A stretch of DNA of 50,552 nucleotides from Candidatus Caenarcanales bacterium (GTDB taxonomy: Bacteria; Cyanobacteriota; Vampirovibrionia; LMEP-6097). The DNA is taken from the NCBI GenBank assembly GCA_947459525.1, contig CANHDW010000002.1, positions 1 through 50,552 on the forward strand. Direction: 5' to 3'. Both the position numbers and the translations under genes were made by a program. This document shows positions 9,076-19,527 of the stretch, piece by piece (within the stretch, counting starts at the first letter, position 1; each line of letters opens with the position of its first letter). The notes beneath the pieces were generated by a model. That model did not search any database. It was not told the DNA's origin and saw only the letters and a program-made list of their open reading frames with translations.

Positions 9076-10404
9076 TTAAATCTTGACCGCAGCCTTAGCT
9101 TCAGAATTAATAGAATTATCAGAAACCCTTTCAATAATCGCCCCAAGCGATCTAAATTTATCTTCTAACTCTTCATAACCCCTATCTAGGTGTATCAGCC
9201 CTCTAACTTCACTAGTACCTTCAGCAGCAAGAGCTGCGACAACCAATGCAGCAGTAGCCCTCAGGTCACGACCCTCTACTTGAGTAGCTTTTAATTTATC
9301 TACACCAGTAATTACCGCTACTTCACCATTTACATCAGCCCTAGAACCCATCTTTTGTAATTCTTCAATGTGTTGAAATCTTGAATTATAAATATTCTCA
9401 ACTACAGTACTAGTACCATCACATAATGCAAGCAAAACTGAGAAAATTGGCTGAATATCAGTAGAGAAACCTGGATACCACATAGTTTTCACATCCGTAG
9501 CTTTCAAGATTCTATTTTCAGCAGATACCTCTATATCCACCAAGCCCTCTATCTCTGATTTAAAAATAGTTATATCAACTCCAACATCCTCAAGCTTACT
9601 TAAGAGTGCTTGTAAATCTTCCTCAACCACAGAATTAGCTCTAACTCGCCCCCTAGTCATCGCTCCTGCAATTAAGTAGGTCGCAGCCTCTATTCGGTCT
9701 GGTAAGCACCTGAAATCTGAGCCATGTAATTCATCTGGAGCGACCCCCTGTATATGAATATTACTAGTACCAGCCCCCGCGATCTTACAACCAAGTGAAT
9801 TTAAAAATTTAGCTAGATCCACTATCTCTGGATCCCTCGCAGCATTTTCTATAATAGTCTCACCCTCTGCCATAACTGCAGCTATCATAATATTTTCTGT
9901 AGCTCCGTTACTTGGCAGATCTAAATAAATTTTAGTACCAACAAGCTTATCAGCACTAGCAAAGACATAACCATGCTCCTCTGTAATCTTCACTCCTAAG
10001 GCTTTTAATCCTTTAAGGTGTAAGTCAACTTTTCTTGCACCTAGGTCACAACCACCTGGGAGAGCGACTTGGGCATTTTTAAACCTTGCAACCAAAGCCC
10101 CTAAACAAACAAAACTTGCTCTTAATTTACGCGCCAATTCAATAGGCACCATATCACTAGACAAATTAGTACTATCTATCTCTAACACTTTATCTTTAAA
10201 ACTAATCTCCGCTCCGAGTAGTGCTAGTATATCTATCATCGCGTAGACATCTGATAATTCTGGGACGTTCGATAATCTAACTTTTGATTTCGGTAAAATT
10301 AAAGCAGCGGCCATTTGTTTCAGTACTGCATTTTTAGCACCTGAAACTAGAATCTCGCCATGGAGAGCATTTGAACCTTTTATTTTTAATTTTTCTTGAG
10401 GCAA
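9076..10404 (-). CDS. murA: UDP-N-acetylglucosamine 1-carboxyvinyltransferase
   Basis: 442 aa with the active-site region LPGGCDLGARKVDLH. Confidence 0.95.
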   Translation of the reverse strand: MPQEKLKIKGSNALHGEILVSGAKNAVLKQMAAALILPKSKVRLSNVPELSDVYAMIDILALLGAEISFKDKVLEIDSTNLSSDMVPIELARKLRASFVCLGALVARFKNAQVALPGGCDLGARKVDLHLKGLKALGVKITEEHGYVFASADKLVGTKIYLDLPSNGATENIMIAAVMAEGETIIENAARDPEIVDLAKFLNSLGCKIAGAGTSNIHIQGVAPDELHGSDFRCLPDRIEAATYLIAGAMTRGRVRANSVVEEDLQALLSKLEDVGVDITIFKSEIEGLVDIEVSAENRILKATDVKTMWYPGFSTDIQPIFSVLLALCDGTSTVVENIYNSRFQHIEELQKMGSRADVNGEVAVITGVDKLKATQVEGRDLRATAALVVAALAAEGTSEVRGLIHLDRGYEELEDKFRSLGAIIERVSDNSINSEAKAAVKI

Positions 10405-10515
10405 TCGTGTTTCCTTTTAAAGTTGGGAGGGCCAACTATCACATAATAGCCTAAATCCCAATATTTGGGGGGTTATAACTAACATAAACAAGTCCAAAAT
10501 GTCGATTTTTTTTTA

Positions 10516-11817
10516 TTAAGTAGTCAAAGAACCTGCACGATCATTGGTATAAAAATTCAACCCCGTGGTAAGCCTCTTCACTTCAGCTTTAACAAAGCTC
10601 TCAGTTTCACTATCCAAAGCAAGATTATTTACGGCCATCGACTTAATAAATCTTGCAATCAAAAGAGCTAAATCCTCAAAATCTTTCTCTTTAAAACCTC
10701 TACGAGTCATAGCTGGAGTACCAACTCTAATGCCACTAGTAACAAAAGGACTCTGAGGATCTTTTGGGATGCCATTCTTATTAACGGTAATCTTGTACTG
10801 ATCTAAAAGATTTGCTAAATCTTTACCAGTAATACCATACTTAACTAAGCTAATTAAAACTAAATGATTATCACTGCCACCGCTTACTATCTCTATCCCT
10901 TCTTTAACTAGGCTTTCAGCAAATATACTTGAATTTTTTATAACTTGAGTTTGATATTGTTTAAATTCTTGACTTAAAGCCTCACAAAAACAAACAGCCT
11001 TAGCTGCAATCACGTGCATTAAAGGTCCACCTTGAGAACCTGGAAAAATAGCAGAATCTATTTTTTTAAAAAGCTCTTCATTATTAGATAAAATTATGCC
11101 GCCTCTTGGACCACCGAGTGTTTTATGAGTCGTAGAAGTTACTATATCTGCATAGGGTAGAGGATTAGGGTGTAAACCAGCCGCTACCAAACCCGCAATG
11201 TGAGCCATGTCTACAAGAAGATAAGCGCCAACACTATCAGCTATCTCGCGAAATCTTTTAAAATCAATGATTCGAGGATAGGCAGAGGCTCCTGCGATAA
11301 TCAACTGTGGCTTTTCTTGTTTAGCTATTCTTTCAACTGCAGCGTAATCAAGAAAACCATTGTCATCAACACCATACTCAAAGGCTTGATAAAACTTACC
11401 TGAAAAATTTACAGAAGTTCCATGAGTAAGGTGGCCACCTTCTTTAAGGCTCATGCCAAGAATCTTGTCACCTGGTTTTAATATCGCCATGAAAGCAGCA
11501 ATATTAGCATTAGCGCCAGAATGAGCTTGTACATTAGCATATTTAGCAGAGAAAAGTTTTTTAACTCTTTCAATAGCAAGGCTTTCCACACCATCACAGT
11601 TTTCACAACCGTTATAGTATCTTTTACCAGGGTAACCTTCTGCATATTTATTAGTAAAACAAGAGCCCATAACTTGCATAACAGCCTTACTAGTGAAGTT
11701 TTCACTTGCAATAAGCTCGATGTTCTCAGATTGTCTTTCTAATTCCTTCTGAATAAAGTTATAGACTTCTTGGTCTGAAGTTTGGAGATCGTTGTTTAAA
11801 TCAAAGAATGCCATCAA
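10516..11817 (-). CDS. glyA: Serine hydroxymethyltransferase
   Basis: Contains the PLP-Lys motif [14 protein letters not shown]. The probable start is the ATG at 11814. Confidence 0.97.
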   Translation of the reverse strand: MMAFFDLNNDLQTSDQEVYNFIQKELERQSENIELIASENFTSKAVMQVMGSCFTNKYAEGYPGKRYYNGCENCDGVESLAIERVKKLFSAKYANVQAHSGANANIAAFMAILKPGDKILGMSLKEGGHLTHGTSVNFSGKFYQAFEYGVDDNGFLDYAAVERIAKQEKPQLIIAGASAYPRIIDFKRFREIADSVGAYLLVDMAHIAGLVAAGLHPNPLPYADIVTSTTHKTLGGPRGGIILSNNEELFKKIDSAIFPGSQGGPLMHVIAAKAVCFCEALSQEFKQYQTQVIKNSSIFAESLVKEGIEIVSGGSDNHLVLISLVKYGITGKDLANLLDQYKITVNKNGIPKDPQSPFVTSGIRVGTPAMTRRGFKEKDFEDLALLIARFIKSMAVNNLALDSETESFVKAEVKRLTTGLNFYTNDRAGSLTT

Positions 11818-11853
11818 TTATTTATTGTAGCAATTCACTTTTCAGTAAGTGTC

Positions 11854-11870
11854 AACTCAATGATTGAGTT
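11854..11870. promoter_or_regulatory. Inverted repeat in the glyA / 11939 divergent promoter region (candidate operator)
   Basis: AACTCAA-TGA-TTGAGTT is a 7-bp perfect inverted repeat. An extra half-site AATTGAGTT lies at 11921-11929. Confidence 0.25.
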
Positions 11871-11938
11871 AATTTAATCGAGATACATCAAATATATAAA
11901 TCATACAAATTAAATTAAATAATTGAGTTCCAGTTACC

Positions 11939-12559
11939 ATGGAGAAAAAAATGCAAAATACCAACCCTACCAGTACTAGTAAAAGAGCTTTAGATACCAT
12001 TAAACTTATAGGCTCTCAGATTATAGAGATTAGAGAAATTTTAAACAGACAAGTAGATACTATACAAATGCTTGAACAGGAAGTAAAAAAATTAAGAAGC
12101 CTCGGTAGAGATAATGAGCAGAATATTAAAATTCTACAAATCGATCAAAGAGATATAGTTAAGCAACTAAGAAAAGTTCGCGAAAGCTCAAGTCAAATGG
12201 GGCAAGTCATAGATTCAGTTGAAATAACGCACGAAGACGCTACTGATATGCTGTTTGGCAAAAAACTAGATTTAGGCGATGAAGGAAAACTTTCTCGCGG
12301 TCATGTCGATCAGCTTTTAAGTTATGACGAAAAAGAGGTCGCAGAAAGGTTTTATCCTAACTATAAAAACAGTAAAATTATCGAAAAACACGAGCGAAAT
12401 CAACCACAATCAAATTCAATTAAACAAAAAATCAATAAAAAAGAACTATCTCAAAGAGTAGATTCTCGTTTAGAAATGCTGGAAAAAGAAGCAATGGAAA
12501 GAAAAAAATCAGAGCGTTTTTCTTTTGATAGAATTCCAAGGTTATTAAACTTAGACTAA
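11939..12559 (+). CDS. Hypothetical coiled-coil protein
   Basis: 206 aa, Lys/Glu/Gln-rich, with no recognisable family motif. Confidence 0.5.
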   Translation: MEKKMQNTNPTSTSKRALDTIKLIGSQIIEIREILNRQVDTIQMLEQEVKKLRSLGRDNEQNIKILQIDQRDIVKQLRKVRESSSQMGQVIDSVEITHEDATDMLFGKKLDLGDEGKLSRGHVDQLLSYDEKEVAERFYPNYKNSKIIEKHERNQPQSNSIKQKINKKELSQRVDSRLEMLEKEAMERKKSERFSFDRIPRLLNLD

Positions 12560-12605
12560 TGAACTCTCCAAACTATCCTAGCTAAAAATAGTGGAGTCAT
12601 TAAAT

Positions 12606-12636
12606 AAAAAAAGAGGGCTTTAAAGCCCTCTTTTTT
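12606..12636. terminator. Bidirectional rho-independent terminator between convergent genes
   Basis: An A-run, then AGAGGGCTT / AAGCCCTCT stem, then T6. Confidence 0.75.
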
Positions 12637-12663
12637 AGTTTCCCCTCTCTAAATTTTCAAAAA

Positions 12664-12867
12664 TTACTTTTGAGTTGTAGTTGCAGCAGGAGCTTTAGCA
12701 GCTGGAGCAGCTGTGTTAGCTTTAGCAGCAGGAGCTTTAGCTTCTGTTTTTTGTTCAGCTTTAGCTGATTTTTGCTCAGTTTTAGCTGGTTTTTGCTCAG
12801 CTAAATTAGCGTTAGCAGATAGAGTAGCTACAACTAGTAAAGCGAATAATGCAGACATTTTTTTCAT
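12664..12867 (-). CDS. Small secreted low-complexity (Ala/Lys/Gln-rich) protein
   Basis: Signal peptide MKKMSALFALLVVATLSANA followed by AEQK/AKAPAAK-type repeats. Confidence 0.55.
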   Translation of the reverse strand: MKKMSALFALLVVATLSANANLAEQKPAKTEQKSAKAEQKTEAKAPAAKANTAAPAAKAPAATTTQK

Positions 12868-13009
12868 TTGATATTTTCCTTTTACAAAGTTAATTAATTT
12901 ACGAACCTTGCAACTCTACATCATAGAAAAAAAAAGCAAAAAAAACTTCACGAAAAAGCCCAGAAAGATTAAATATTCCTTAAATTTGTTTTAAGGCTAC
13001 AATTCTTTT

Positions 13010-14671
13010 TTGGGTAGAACCATGGCTCAAAGCGAATTTAATATATTGTCCGTGATCACTTTGCTTGGAGGTGCGTCGTTACTACTCTTTGGCTTAGATT
13101 TAATTTGCCTAAATTTAAAAAGCTTAGCTGGGCCTATTTTCAAAACCATCGTAGAAAAAGCTACGAAAACCACTTTTCATGGAATTTTCTTAGGGACCGC
13201 CCTTACGGGCTTAGTGCAAAGCAGCACTGCTGTAACATCAATCCTAGTCTCACTTGTGCAAGCCAATATTGTGAGTTTTGAAAGAACCATAGGTGTAATG
13301 TTAGGAGCTAATATTGGAACCACTGTCACAGCCCATATTATGGCTTTTAATATTATCAAATGGTCTCTAGCAATAGTCTGTATAGGTTTTCTAATACAAG
13401 TCACCGCAGCTAAAGATAAAGTTCTTTACATAGGAAACTCTATTCTTGGATCAGGAATTATGCTTTTTGGCTTACAGCTGATGTCTGAATCTATGAAACC
13501 GCTACAGCATTCTCAACTATTCTTAGATATGATGCAGAATTTTCAAGATCCTCTCATCGGAATCTTAGTAGGGACTGTCTTCACAGCAGTAATTCATTCA
13601 AGTAGTGGCGCTTTAGGCGTAATGATAGGACTAGCTTTACAAGGATTAATTACCCCAATGGCAGTAATACCATTAATGTTAGGAGCTAATATTGGTACTT
13701 GTTTTACTGCTGTTATAGTTTCACTCAATACATCTTTTCAAGCCCGTAGAGTAGCTGCTTCTCATATACTTTTCAATATTTTAGGTGTATTACCTTTCGT
13801 ATTCTTCATTCCAGAATTTACTAATTTCGTACAACAGTTTACACCCCAAGATAATGTACCGCAGTTCATAGCTAATGCCCAGACTATCTTCAATATAATC
13901 ACAGTATTAATTGCCATTCCTTTTGTGAAACAACTTGCTTGGCTGTCTTGTCTTTGCGTACCTGATTCTAACAAGGGGAAATATCAAAAATATGCGATAC
14001 CTGAAATAGAAAAATTTTCCAAAGATATAGATGTCGCTCTAGCTGAATCAAGAAATGCTTTAAGATCAATGCGAAATATAATCAGAGAGATGCTTCTAGT
14101 AGCTGGTAAATATTTCGTCAAAAGACAAAACCTTGATGAGAAAAAAATCAGAAAACTAATAGAAGATCATCATGATTTACGCTTAGGCTTAGTTAAGTTT
14201 TTACGTCAATTGAAATCTTCTCACCGTAAAACTTTCACCGTAGATGAAGTCACTGAACTTTTGGATATACTTTTGATCATAAATGAATGTGAACAAGTAG
14301 TCCACACTCTCAAAGTTGGACTTGATCATATGGATGGGAAAATTCCTGATTTTGATGAGGGTTTTAATGATCTTGATAAATATTTAATCGGTACCATAAG
14401 ATCATTCAATGCATCCTTAGGCTCTTTTATTAAAGATACTCAATGCAATGCCCAAATAGTGAAACAAAAACTTGAGAAAGCAAGTTCTTTTTACGAAAAA
14501 TTTCGCATGCGTGCAATTGAGGATATTTGCAAAATCAATGAACAGGAAAGAGATAGACTAAACCTCGAAGTTTTAGACACCCTCAAGTCTATTAATGGCA
14601 TCTCAGAAAGAATTTGCGAAATCAGTATCGGAACTAGAAATTATATTCAGAACCCACTGGAAAATGCTTGA
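13010..14671 (+). CDS. Na+/phosphate cotransporter family protein with a PhoU-like C-terminal domain
   Basis: Duplicated Na_Pi_cotrans motifs (QSSTAVTSILVSL and HSSSGALGVMIGLA) and a helical C-terminal half. The start may be the ATG at 13022. Confidence 0.85.
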   Translation: MGRTMAQSEFNILSVITLLGGASLLLFGLDLICLNLKSLAGPIFKTIVEKATKTTFHGIFLGTALTGLVQSSTAVTSILVSLVQANIVSFERTIGVMLGANIGTTVTAHIMAFNIIKWSLAIVCIGFLIQVTAAKDKVLYIGNSILGSGIMLFGLQLMSESMKPLQHSQLFLDMMQNFQDPLIGILVGTVFTAVIHSSSGALGVMIGLALQGLITPMAVIPLMLGANIGTCFTAVIVSLNTSFQARRVAASHILFNILGVLPFVFFIPEFTNFVQQFTPQDNVPQFIANAQTIFNIITVLIAIPFVKQLAWLSCLCVPDSNKGKYQKYAIPEIEKFSKDIDVALAESRNALRSMRNIIREMLLVAGKYFVKRQNLDEKKIRKLIEDHHDLRLGLVKFLRQLKSSHRKTFTVDEVTELLDILLIINECEQVVHTLKVGLDHMDGKIPDFDEGFNDLDKYLIGTIRSFNASLGSFIKDTQCNAQIVKQKLEKASSFYEKFRMRAIEDICKINEQERDRLNLEVLDTLKSINGISERICEISIGTRNYIQNPLENA

Positions 14672-15101
14672 AATAACACTTCTAGACCATGACTGAGGAA
14701 TCTTGAATAATTCACAAATTATGTGTTACAATTTTTTTTCATGCAAGTTCTGCAAGAAAATTTAAAAGTTTCAGAACCTTCTTCAGATTCGATGGGGGCT
14801 GCTCAGCAGAACCGTCTTTGTTGTTGATGAGAAAAAAAATTCATCTATAGATTCAGATATTAAACTGTCTTCAGCTCAAGAAAATATTCAAGAGACTAAT
14901 CGAACTCAAAGCTCTCTCTTAGCTAAACTTGAGAGTAATTATAAAGCCTCACAATCTTTTGATGGATTAGAGGGTCTTCCGCTAGAAATAATTCCAGCAA
15001 CTGATTCCAAAGATTCAATTTCGGATTTCATTCGCAATACGCTGCCCGTAATCGGCTATGCGGCAGCTTCACTAGGTCACTTAACTGCTGGAGCTGGAGG
15101 G

Positions 15102-15875
15102 ATGTCAAAATTTATTCCTGAACCACTTGCAAAGTTTCTAGATCAAAATATACTTGGCTTTTCTAAATTAGTTAACGTCGCAAATTATACCCATAAGGGC
15201 ATAGAAGCCGTGCTTGGTAACCGCGCTTGGGAAGGTTTATCTAGACTGGCTTATTCAGCAGTAGTGCCATTTATGCCACTAGAATCAGTGTTTACGGCAT
15301 CCGGTATTAGCAGTGGTCCTACTATGTTCGAGCAAGCTCAAAGACATAAAGTTAAATTTTCCAATGCGACGAAAGAAAATCCACAGGGTACGCCAAGTTC
15401 AGCTCTGGAAGATTTACAAGAAAACGGCAAAGCCTTTTTAAGCATGTGCCAAGAGACCTTCGGTAATTTATTCGGGTCTAATAGAAAGGTTTTCATTCAT
15501 CCAGATAAAGAACAAGGACATACAATGTTTCTATGCGCTTGGGGGAATTTTCTCGGTGCTATAGGTGGCATGCTAGCTGGCTCTAATCATCACAGCCCTC
15601 TCGGTAAAGCTTCTTCAATAATACGTAATGTAGGAGGAATAGGCTGCGACTGGGCTAAGTTTATTCACCCTGATATTAATAATAAATTATCAGCTATTTT
15701 CTATGGTGTAGTCTCTATCTGTGATGTAGCTAAATCATTTACACCAAAGCATGTCTCACACATACTTTCACACTTCAGCATGGCTATGAATAATTTCGCT
15801 AATTATTATTATGTGAATACGACTAAAGCCACTACTGATAAGACTTTTAAAGATTATGCTGCGATTAGTGCGTAA
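15102..15875 (+). CDS. Hypothetical protein with an uncertain 5' end
   Basis: 257-aa ORF. The same frame is open upstream to 14766 with no ATG, GTG or TTG. Confidence 0.5.
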   Translation: MSKFIPEPLAKFLDQNILGFSKLVNVANYTHKGIEAVLGNRAWEGLSRLAYSAVVPFMPLESVFTASGISSGPTMFEQAQRHKVKFSNATKENPQGTPSSALEDLQENGKAFLSMCQETFGNLFGSNRKVFIHPDKEQGHTMFLCAWGNFLGAIGGMLAGSNHHSPLGKASSIIRNVGGIGCDWAKFIHPDINNKLSAIFYGVVSICDVAKSFTPKHVSHILSHFSMAMNNFANYYYVNTTKATTDKTFKDYAAISA

Positions 15876-15880
15876 TGCAG

Positions 15881-15912
15881 AGAATTTGCTTTTTGCGTTT
15901 TCGTCTTCTTCA
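15881..15912 (+). repeat. Possible degenerate head fragment of the dispersed repeat
   Basis: AGAATTTGCTTTTTGCGTTTTCGTCTTCTTCA versus the consensus CCAATTTCTGCGTTTTCGTCGTCCTCA. Lies between convergent genes and overlaps the mgtA stop. Confidence 0.3.
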
Positions 15913-18438
15913 GTGCAGTCTCAATCTCTTATAAAATATTCTCTTCACCAACTCATTTGTGAAAACATAAAGGGAAACGATTCCTATTAATACTAAAAGA
16001 AAATATGCTGGCATAGCTGTAAAACCGAGTAAGGGAGCTATCGGTGTAACTGGGATAATTAATGCTGTTGAAGTGCAGATAAAGGTAATTATGAGTAAAG
16101 TCTTACTAGGTTTGCTTTTATAGAAAGGTCTCTGAGTCCTTATCGCAAAGAAAATTAAAGCTTCTGAAAGGACTGATTCTAAAAACCAGCCTGTTCTGAA
16201 CATCTCTGGAGAAGAATTCAGAATTAGAAAAAGAGCCATAAAAGTTATGAAATCAAATACTGAGCTAAGGCTACCAAAAGTCAGCATAAAATCCTTAATA
16301 AATTTTGTATCCCAGCGCCTAGGTACACTAATCGCCTCTTCATCGACATTATCGCTGCCAATCGCCATCTGCGGGAAATCTGTAAGGAAATTTACCAGTA
16401 GGATCTGCTTAGGGAGAAGGGGTAAAAATGGTAGAAACAAAGAAGCTCCAGCGACACTCAGCATGTTACCAAAATTAGCACTGGCTGCCATAAAGATATA
16501 TTTTAAGGTGTTAGTGAATGTGACTCGTCCTTCTCGAACGGCTTCCACTAAAACACTGAGATCTTTCTTTAATAAAACGATGTCTGCTGCTTCTTTTGCG
16601 ACATCAGCAGCTCCATTTACTGAAATACCGACATTAGCTGTATGCAAGGATGGTACATCATTGATTCCATCACCCATGTAGCCAACTATGTTTCCTGATT
16701 TTTTTAAGGCATTGATAATTCTTTCTTTCTGATTGGGTTCGACTTCTGCAAAAATATCTACATCATTTACTAATTTTAATAAGGCTTCATCACTGATTTT
16801 ATTTAATGCTAGACCAGTAAGAATTTTCTTGGTACGTAAACCTACTTGTTCTCCTACGTAGGATGAAGCTAGCTGATTATCCCCAGTAATCATTTTCAAT
16901 GAAACCCCCATGGCTTTTAACTTGTGTATAACTTCAATAGTGCCAGGTTTGATCGGAGCAAAAAAGACTAGAATACCAAGAAAAATCATCTCAGCTTCAT
17001 CTTCTTTTGCTATCAACTTTTTATTAATATTTTTATAAGCGATTCCTAGAACACGAAAGCCTTGGTTACTTAATTTTTGAAACTGTTTTTCTATTTTATC
17101 TTGTACCGTATTAATATCTACCTTCGTACCATCACTGAGTTCAGCTTGCTTGCAGGTAGATAGAATGTTTATTAAAGCGCCCTTGCTTATCATTAAACTT
17201 GAATCACTATGCGGATTTAAGCTTAGAATACTTAATCTTTTACGAATGAAATCATAAGGTATTTCATCCAGCTTTTCAAAGCCAGATATATCTATATCTT
17301 TCAAATTACGAATAGCCTCATCAATGGGGTTTACAAAAGAGCTTTCATATTGAGCATTTAAGTATGCAAATCGTAGTGCTTTGCTGCTTTTGTTATCATT
17401 GAAATCATAAGCACCCTGTAACTCCATTTCAGATTCAGTAAGCGTTCCAGTCTTATCTGAACAGAGAATATTCATGCTGCCAAAATCCTGAATAGAGGAC
17501 AGTTTTTTAACTATTACCTGCTTCTCTGCCATTCTCACTGCTCCTTGTGAAAGGTTTATAGTGATTATGGCTGGTAATAACTGTGGTGTCATCCCTACTG
17601 CAAGAGCTAGTGAAAATAATAGAGATTCTATAACTGGATGATGAAAGTAAACGTTAATTATAAAAACAGCGATCAATAAAATTAAAGTTACGATTACAAG
17701 CAAGTTCCCAAATTGAGTCACTCCTCGCTCAAATTCAGTCTCTGCTACTCTTAATTTAAGATGTTCTGATATTTTGCCAAATTCCGTATCCTTGCCGATG
17801 CTTACTACCAGAACTTTTGCGTAACCACTTACAACGTGAGTTCCCATAAAGACGCTATTTATACATTTACTAAGTGGTGAATTAGCCTCAACGGCTGAAA
17901 CCGACTTAGCCGCTGGGTAAGTCTCTCCAGTTAAGCTCGCTTCATTTATAAATAGATCTTTACTTTCTAAAATTCGACAGTCGGCTGGAATCATCGCTCC
18001 AGCTTTAAGAATCAAAATGTCTCCAGGAACTACTTCTGCACTAGGGATTTCTTGTTCTGTGCCGTCACGTAAAGCTGTAATTTTCACTTTAACTATTTCT
18101 AGTAGTTTAGCTATAATATTTTCAGCTTTATTCTCTTGCCAGAATTGAAGAAAGCCACTGAATATAACTATAGTGAACATAATTATTGCATCTGTTCGCT
18201 GATGGAGTAAGCCAGAGAGAGTCGCTGCAAATAAAATTAAAAGAATTATTGGCTTGGTGAACTGCGCTAAGAGTAGAAGAAGAATATTTTTATTTTTGCT
18301 TTGATTTAAAAATTTTGATTTATACTGGATTTGCCTTTTAGTAGACTGTTCTTTTGTTAAACCATTAGCGCTTGTCTCTAACTGATTAATTAGTAAGTTA
18401 ATTGAAGTATTCCAGAAATTTTGAAAAGCCTCTTGCAT
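15910..18438 (-). CDS. mgtA: Mg2+-importing P-type ATPase (MgtA-like)
   Basis: Motifs CSDKTGTLT, MITGDN and GDGINDVPSL. Also the MgtA-type FLTDFPQMAIGSDNVDEEAISVPRRWD. Confidence 0.85.
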   Translation of the reverse strand: MQEAFQNFWNTSINLLINQLETSANGLTKEQSTKRQIQYKSKFLNQSKNKNILLLLLAQFTKPIILLILFAATLSGLLHQRTDAIIMFTIVIFSGFLQFWQENKAENIIAKLLEIVKVKITALRDGTEQEIPSAEVVPGDILILKAGAMIPADCRILESKDLFINEASLTGETYPAAKSVSAVEANSPLSKCINSVFMGTHVVSGYAKVLVVSIGKDTEFGKISEHLKLRVAETEFERGVTQFGNLLVIVTLILLIAVFIINVYFHHPVIESLLFSLALAVGMTPQLLPAIITINLSQGAVRMAEKQVIVKKLSSIQDFGSMNILCSDKTGTLTESEMELQGAYDFNDNKSSKALRFAYLNAQYESSFVNPIDEAIRNLKDIDISGFEKLDEIPYDFIRKRLSILSLNPHSDSSLMISKGALINILSTCKQAELSDGTKVDINTVQDKIEKQFQKLSNQGFRVLGIAYKNINKKLIAKEDEAEMIFLGILVFFAPIKPGTIEVIHKLKAMGVSLKMITGDNQLASSYVGEQVGLRTKKILTGLALNKISDEALLKLVNDVDIFAEVEPNQKERIINALKKSGNIVGYMGDGINDVPSLHTANVGISVNGAADVAKEAADIVLLKKDLSVLVEAVREGRVTFTNTLKYIFMAASANFGNMLSVAGASLFLPFLPLLPKQILLVNFLTDFPQMAIGSDNVDEEAISVPRRWDTKFIKDFMLTFGSLSSVFDFITFMALFLILNSSPEMFRTGWFLESVLSEALIFFAIRTQRPFYKSKPSKTLLIITFICTSTALIIPVTPIAPLLGFTAMPAYFLLVLIGIVSLYVFTNELVKRIFYKRLRLH

Positions 18439-18601
18439 GGATTAATTCTACTCTACCTGTGGCTTTTGGCTTGATCTTTCAGATCTTCTAGAGCGAGATG
18501 TTGATGTAGCAACCGAGAAGTCTTTAAAAGCAAGATATAGAGAGAAGGTGCTTGCGGAGGCTTTACCATTGTGAGGGATGACAAAGTAATCTTTTATTTT
18601 A

Positions 18602-19486
18602 TTAAACTATTTTTTGAATTTGATTCACAGGTGTACGTAAAACAAATATAGGTTCTAATGAATTGAGATCATTTGAAATTCTAGAATATTGGATAAGATC
18701 TGGTAACTTTTTATTTAAGCAAGAAAGGTATAGAGTATCTTCAAATAAAATGACCAGATTATGGATAATCGCTTCACAATCAACAAGTATTCCTGTTGGC
18801 TGATGATTTACTTCTTTGTGTACTCTATACCAAAATGGGTGAATAATTTGATTATTTTTGATCTCAAAATCTTTTATCTCAAGTAGACCCTTGTATCCAC
18901 CTGGATGTTCCACGGAGTGCCGCTTACACTTCAATTCAAATAACCATTCAAAATGCTGCTCAATACACTGAACTGATAAATCATCTTCTCCATACTTTCC
19001 TTTTAAATGGTTTACAAAATCTGACTTATTGTTGGTAGCATCAAAAAATGAAGATTTACTGATGTCAAAGTTAAACTCAGGATAAAAATAGCTGTATGTC
19101 TGTAAAAAAAATTTCAAACAATAATCAACTCCACTAATAAAAGTTTGAGCCCTTCCTTTCAAATCTGTAATTCCTGGTAAAACTGGAATACCATTAGTAT
19201 CATTGGTAAACCGTTGAATCTCTGATTCGTGATCTAATTTAAGTGATTCATATAAAGTGCATAAATAATCTAAAGCTTTTATCACTTCCTGAAAGGAATC
19301 AAACACAAGATCCTTGCAGATATCACTTATAAGCCAATTCCGAAAAATAGGCAAGGAGCGTCCAGCAAGCGGTCCACTGATGGTTTCATTGTTAGTTATT
19401 TTTTTCAAGACTAAATCCACGTCAATAAATAATCCCAATCTGCTTAATATATCAAATTGATAAATCAATTTTTCGGAAAAACGCAA
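18602..19486 (-). CDS. Hypothetical protein with an Rx4H motif (possible HEPN-like)
   Basis: 294 aa with a TTG start and no family recognised. Contains KCKRHSVEHPGG (R-x4-H) and YRVHKEVNH (R-x6-H). Confidence 0.45.
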   Translation of the reverse strand: MRFSEKLIYQFDILSRLGLFIDVDLVLKKITNNETISGPLAGRSLPIFRNWLISDICKDLVFDSFQEVIKALDYLCTLYESLKLDHESEIQRFTNDTNGIPVLPGITDLKGRAQTFISGVDYCLKFFLQTYSYFYPEFNFDISKSSFFDATNNKSDFVNHLKGKYGEDDLSVQCIEQHFEWLFELKCKRHSVEHPGGYKGLLEIKDFEIKNNQIIHPFWYRVHKEVNHQPTGILVDCEAIIHNLVILFEDTLYLSCLNKKLPDLIQYSRISNDLNSLEPIFVLRTPVNQIQKIV

Positions 19487-19527
19487 ACTGTAAATTTTCG
19501 CTATGACAATGTTTCATACTAGATTTT

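Noticed and set aside
10565-11742. Several 60-77 aa ORFs overlapping glyA in other frames
   Set aside because: They are embedded in a highly conserved SHMT gene and are shadow ORFs.
12684-12760. Tandem-like GCAGCAGGAGCTTTAGC repeats
   Set aside because: They correspond to the Ala/Lys low-complexity coding region of the small secreted protein (12664..12867) and are not a separate repeat element.
18439-18601. M-box (Mg2+) riboswitch in the mgtA leader
   Set aside because: I could not find the conserved M-box core elements by eye. Only a weak GGTAAAGCCTCC resemblance is present. An Infernal scan is needed to decide.
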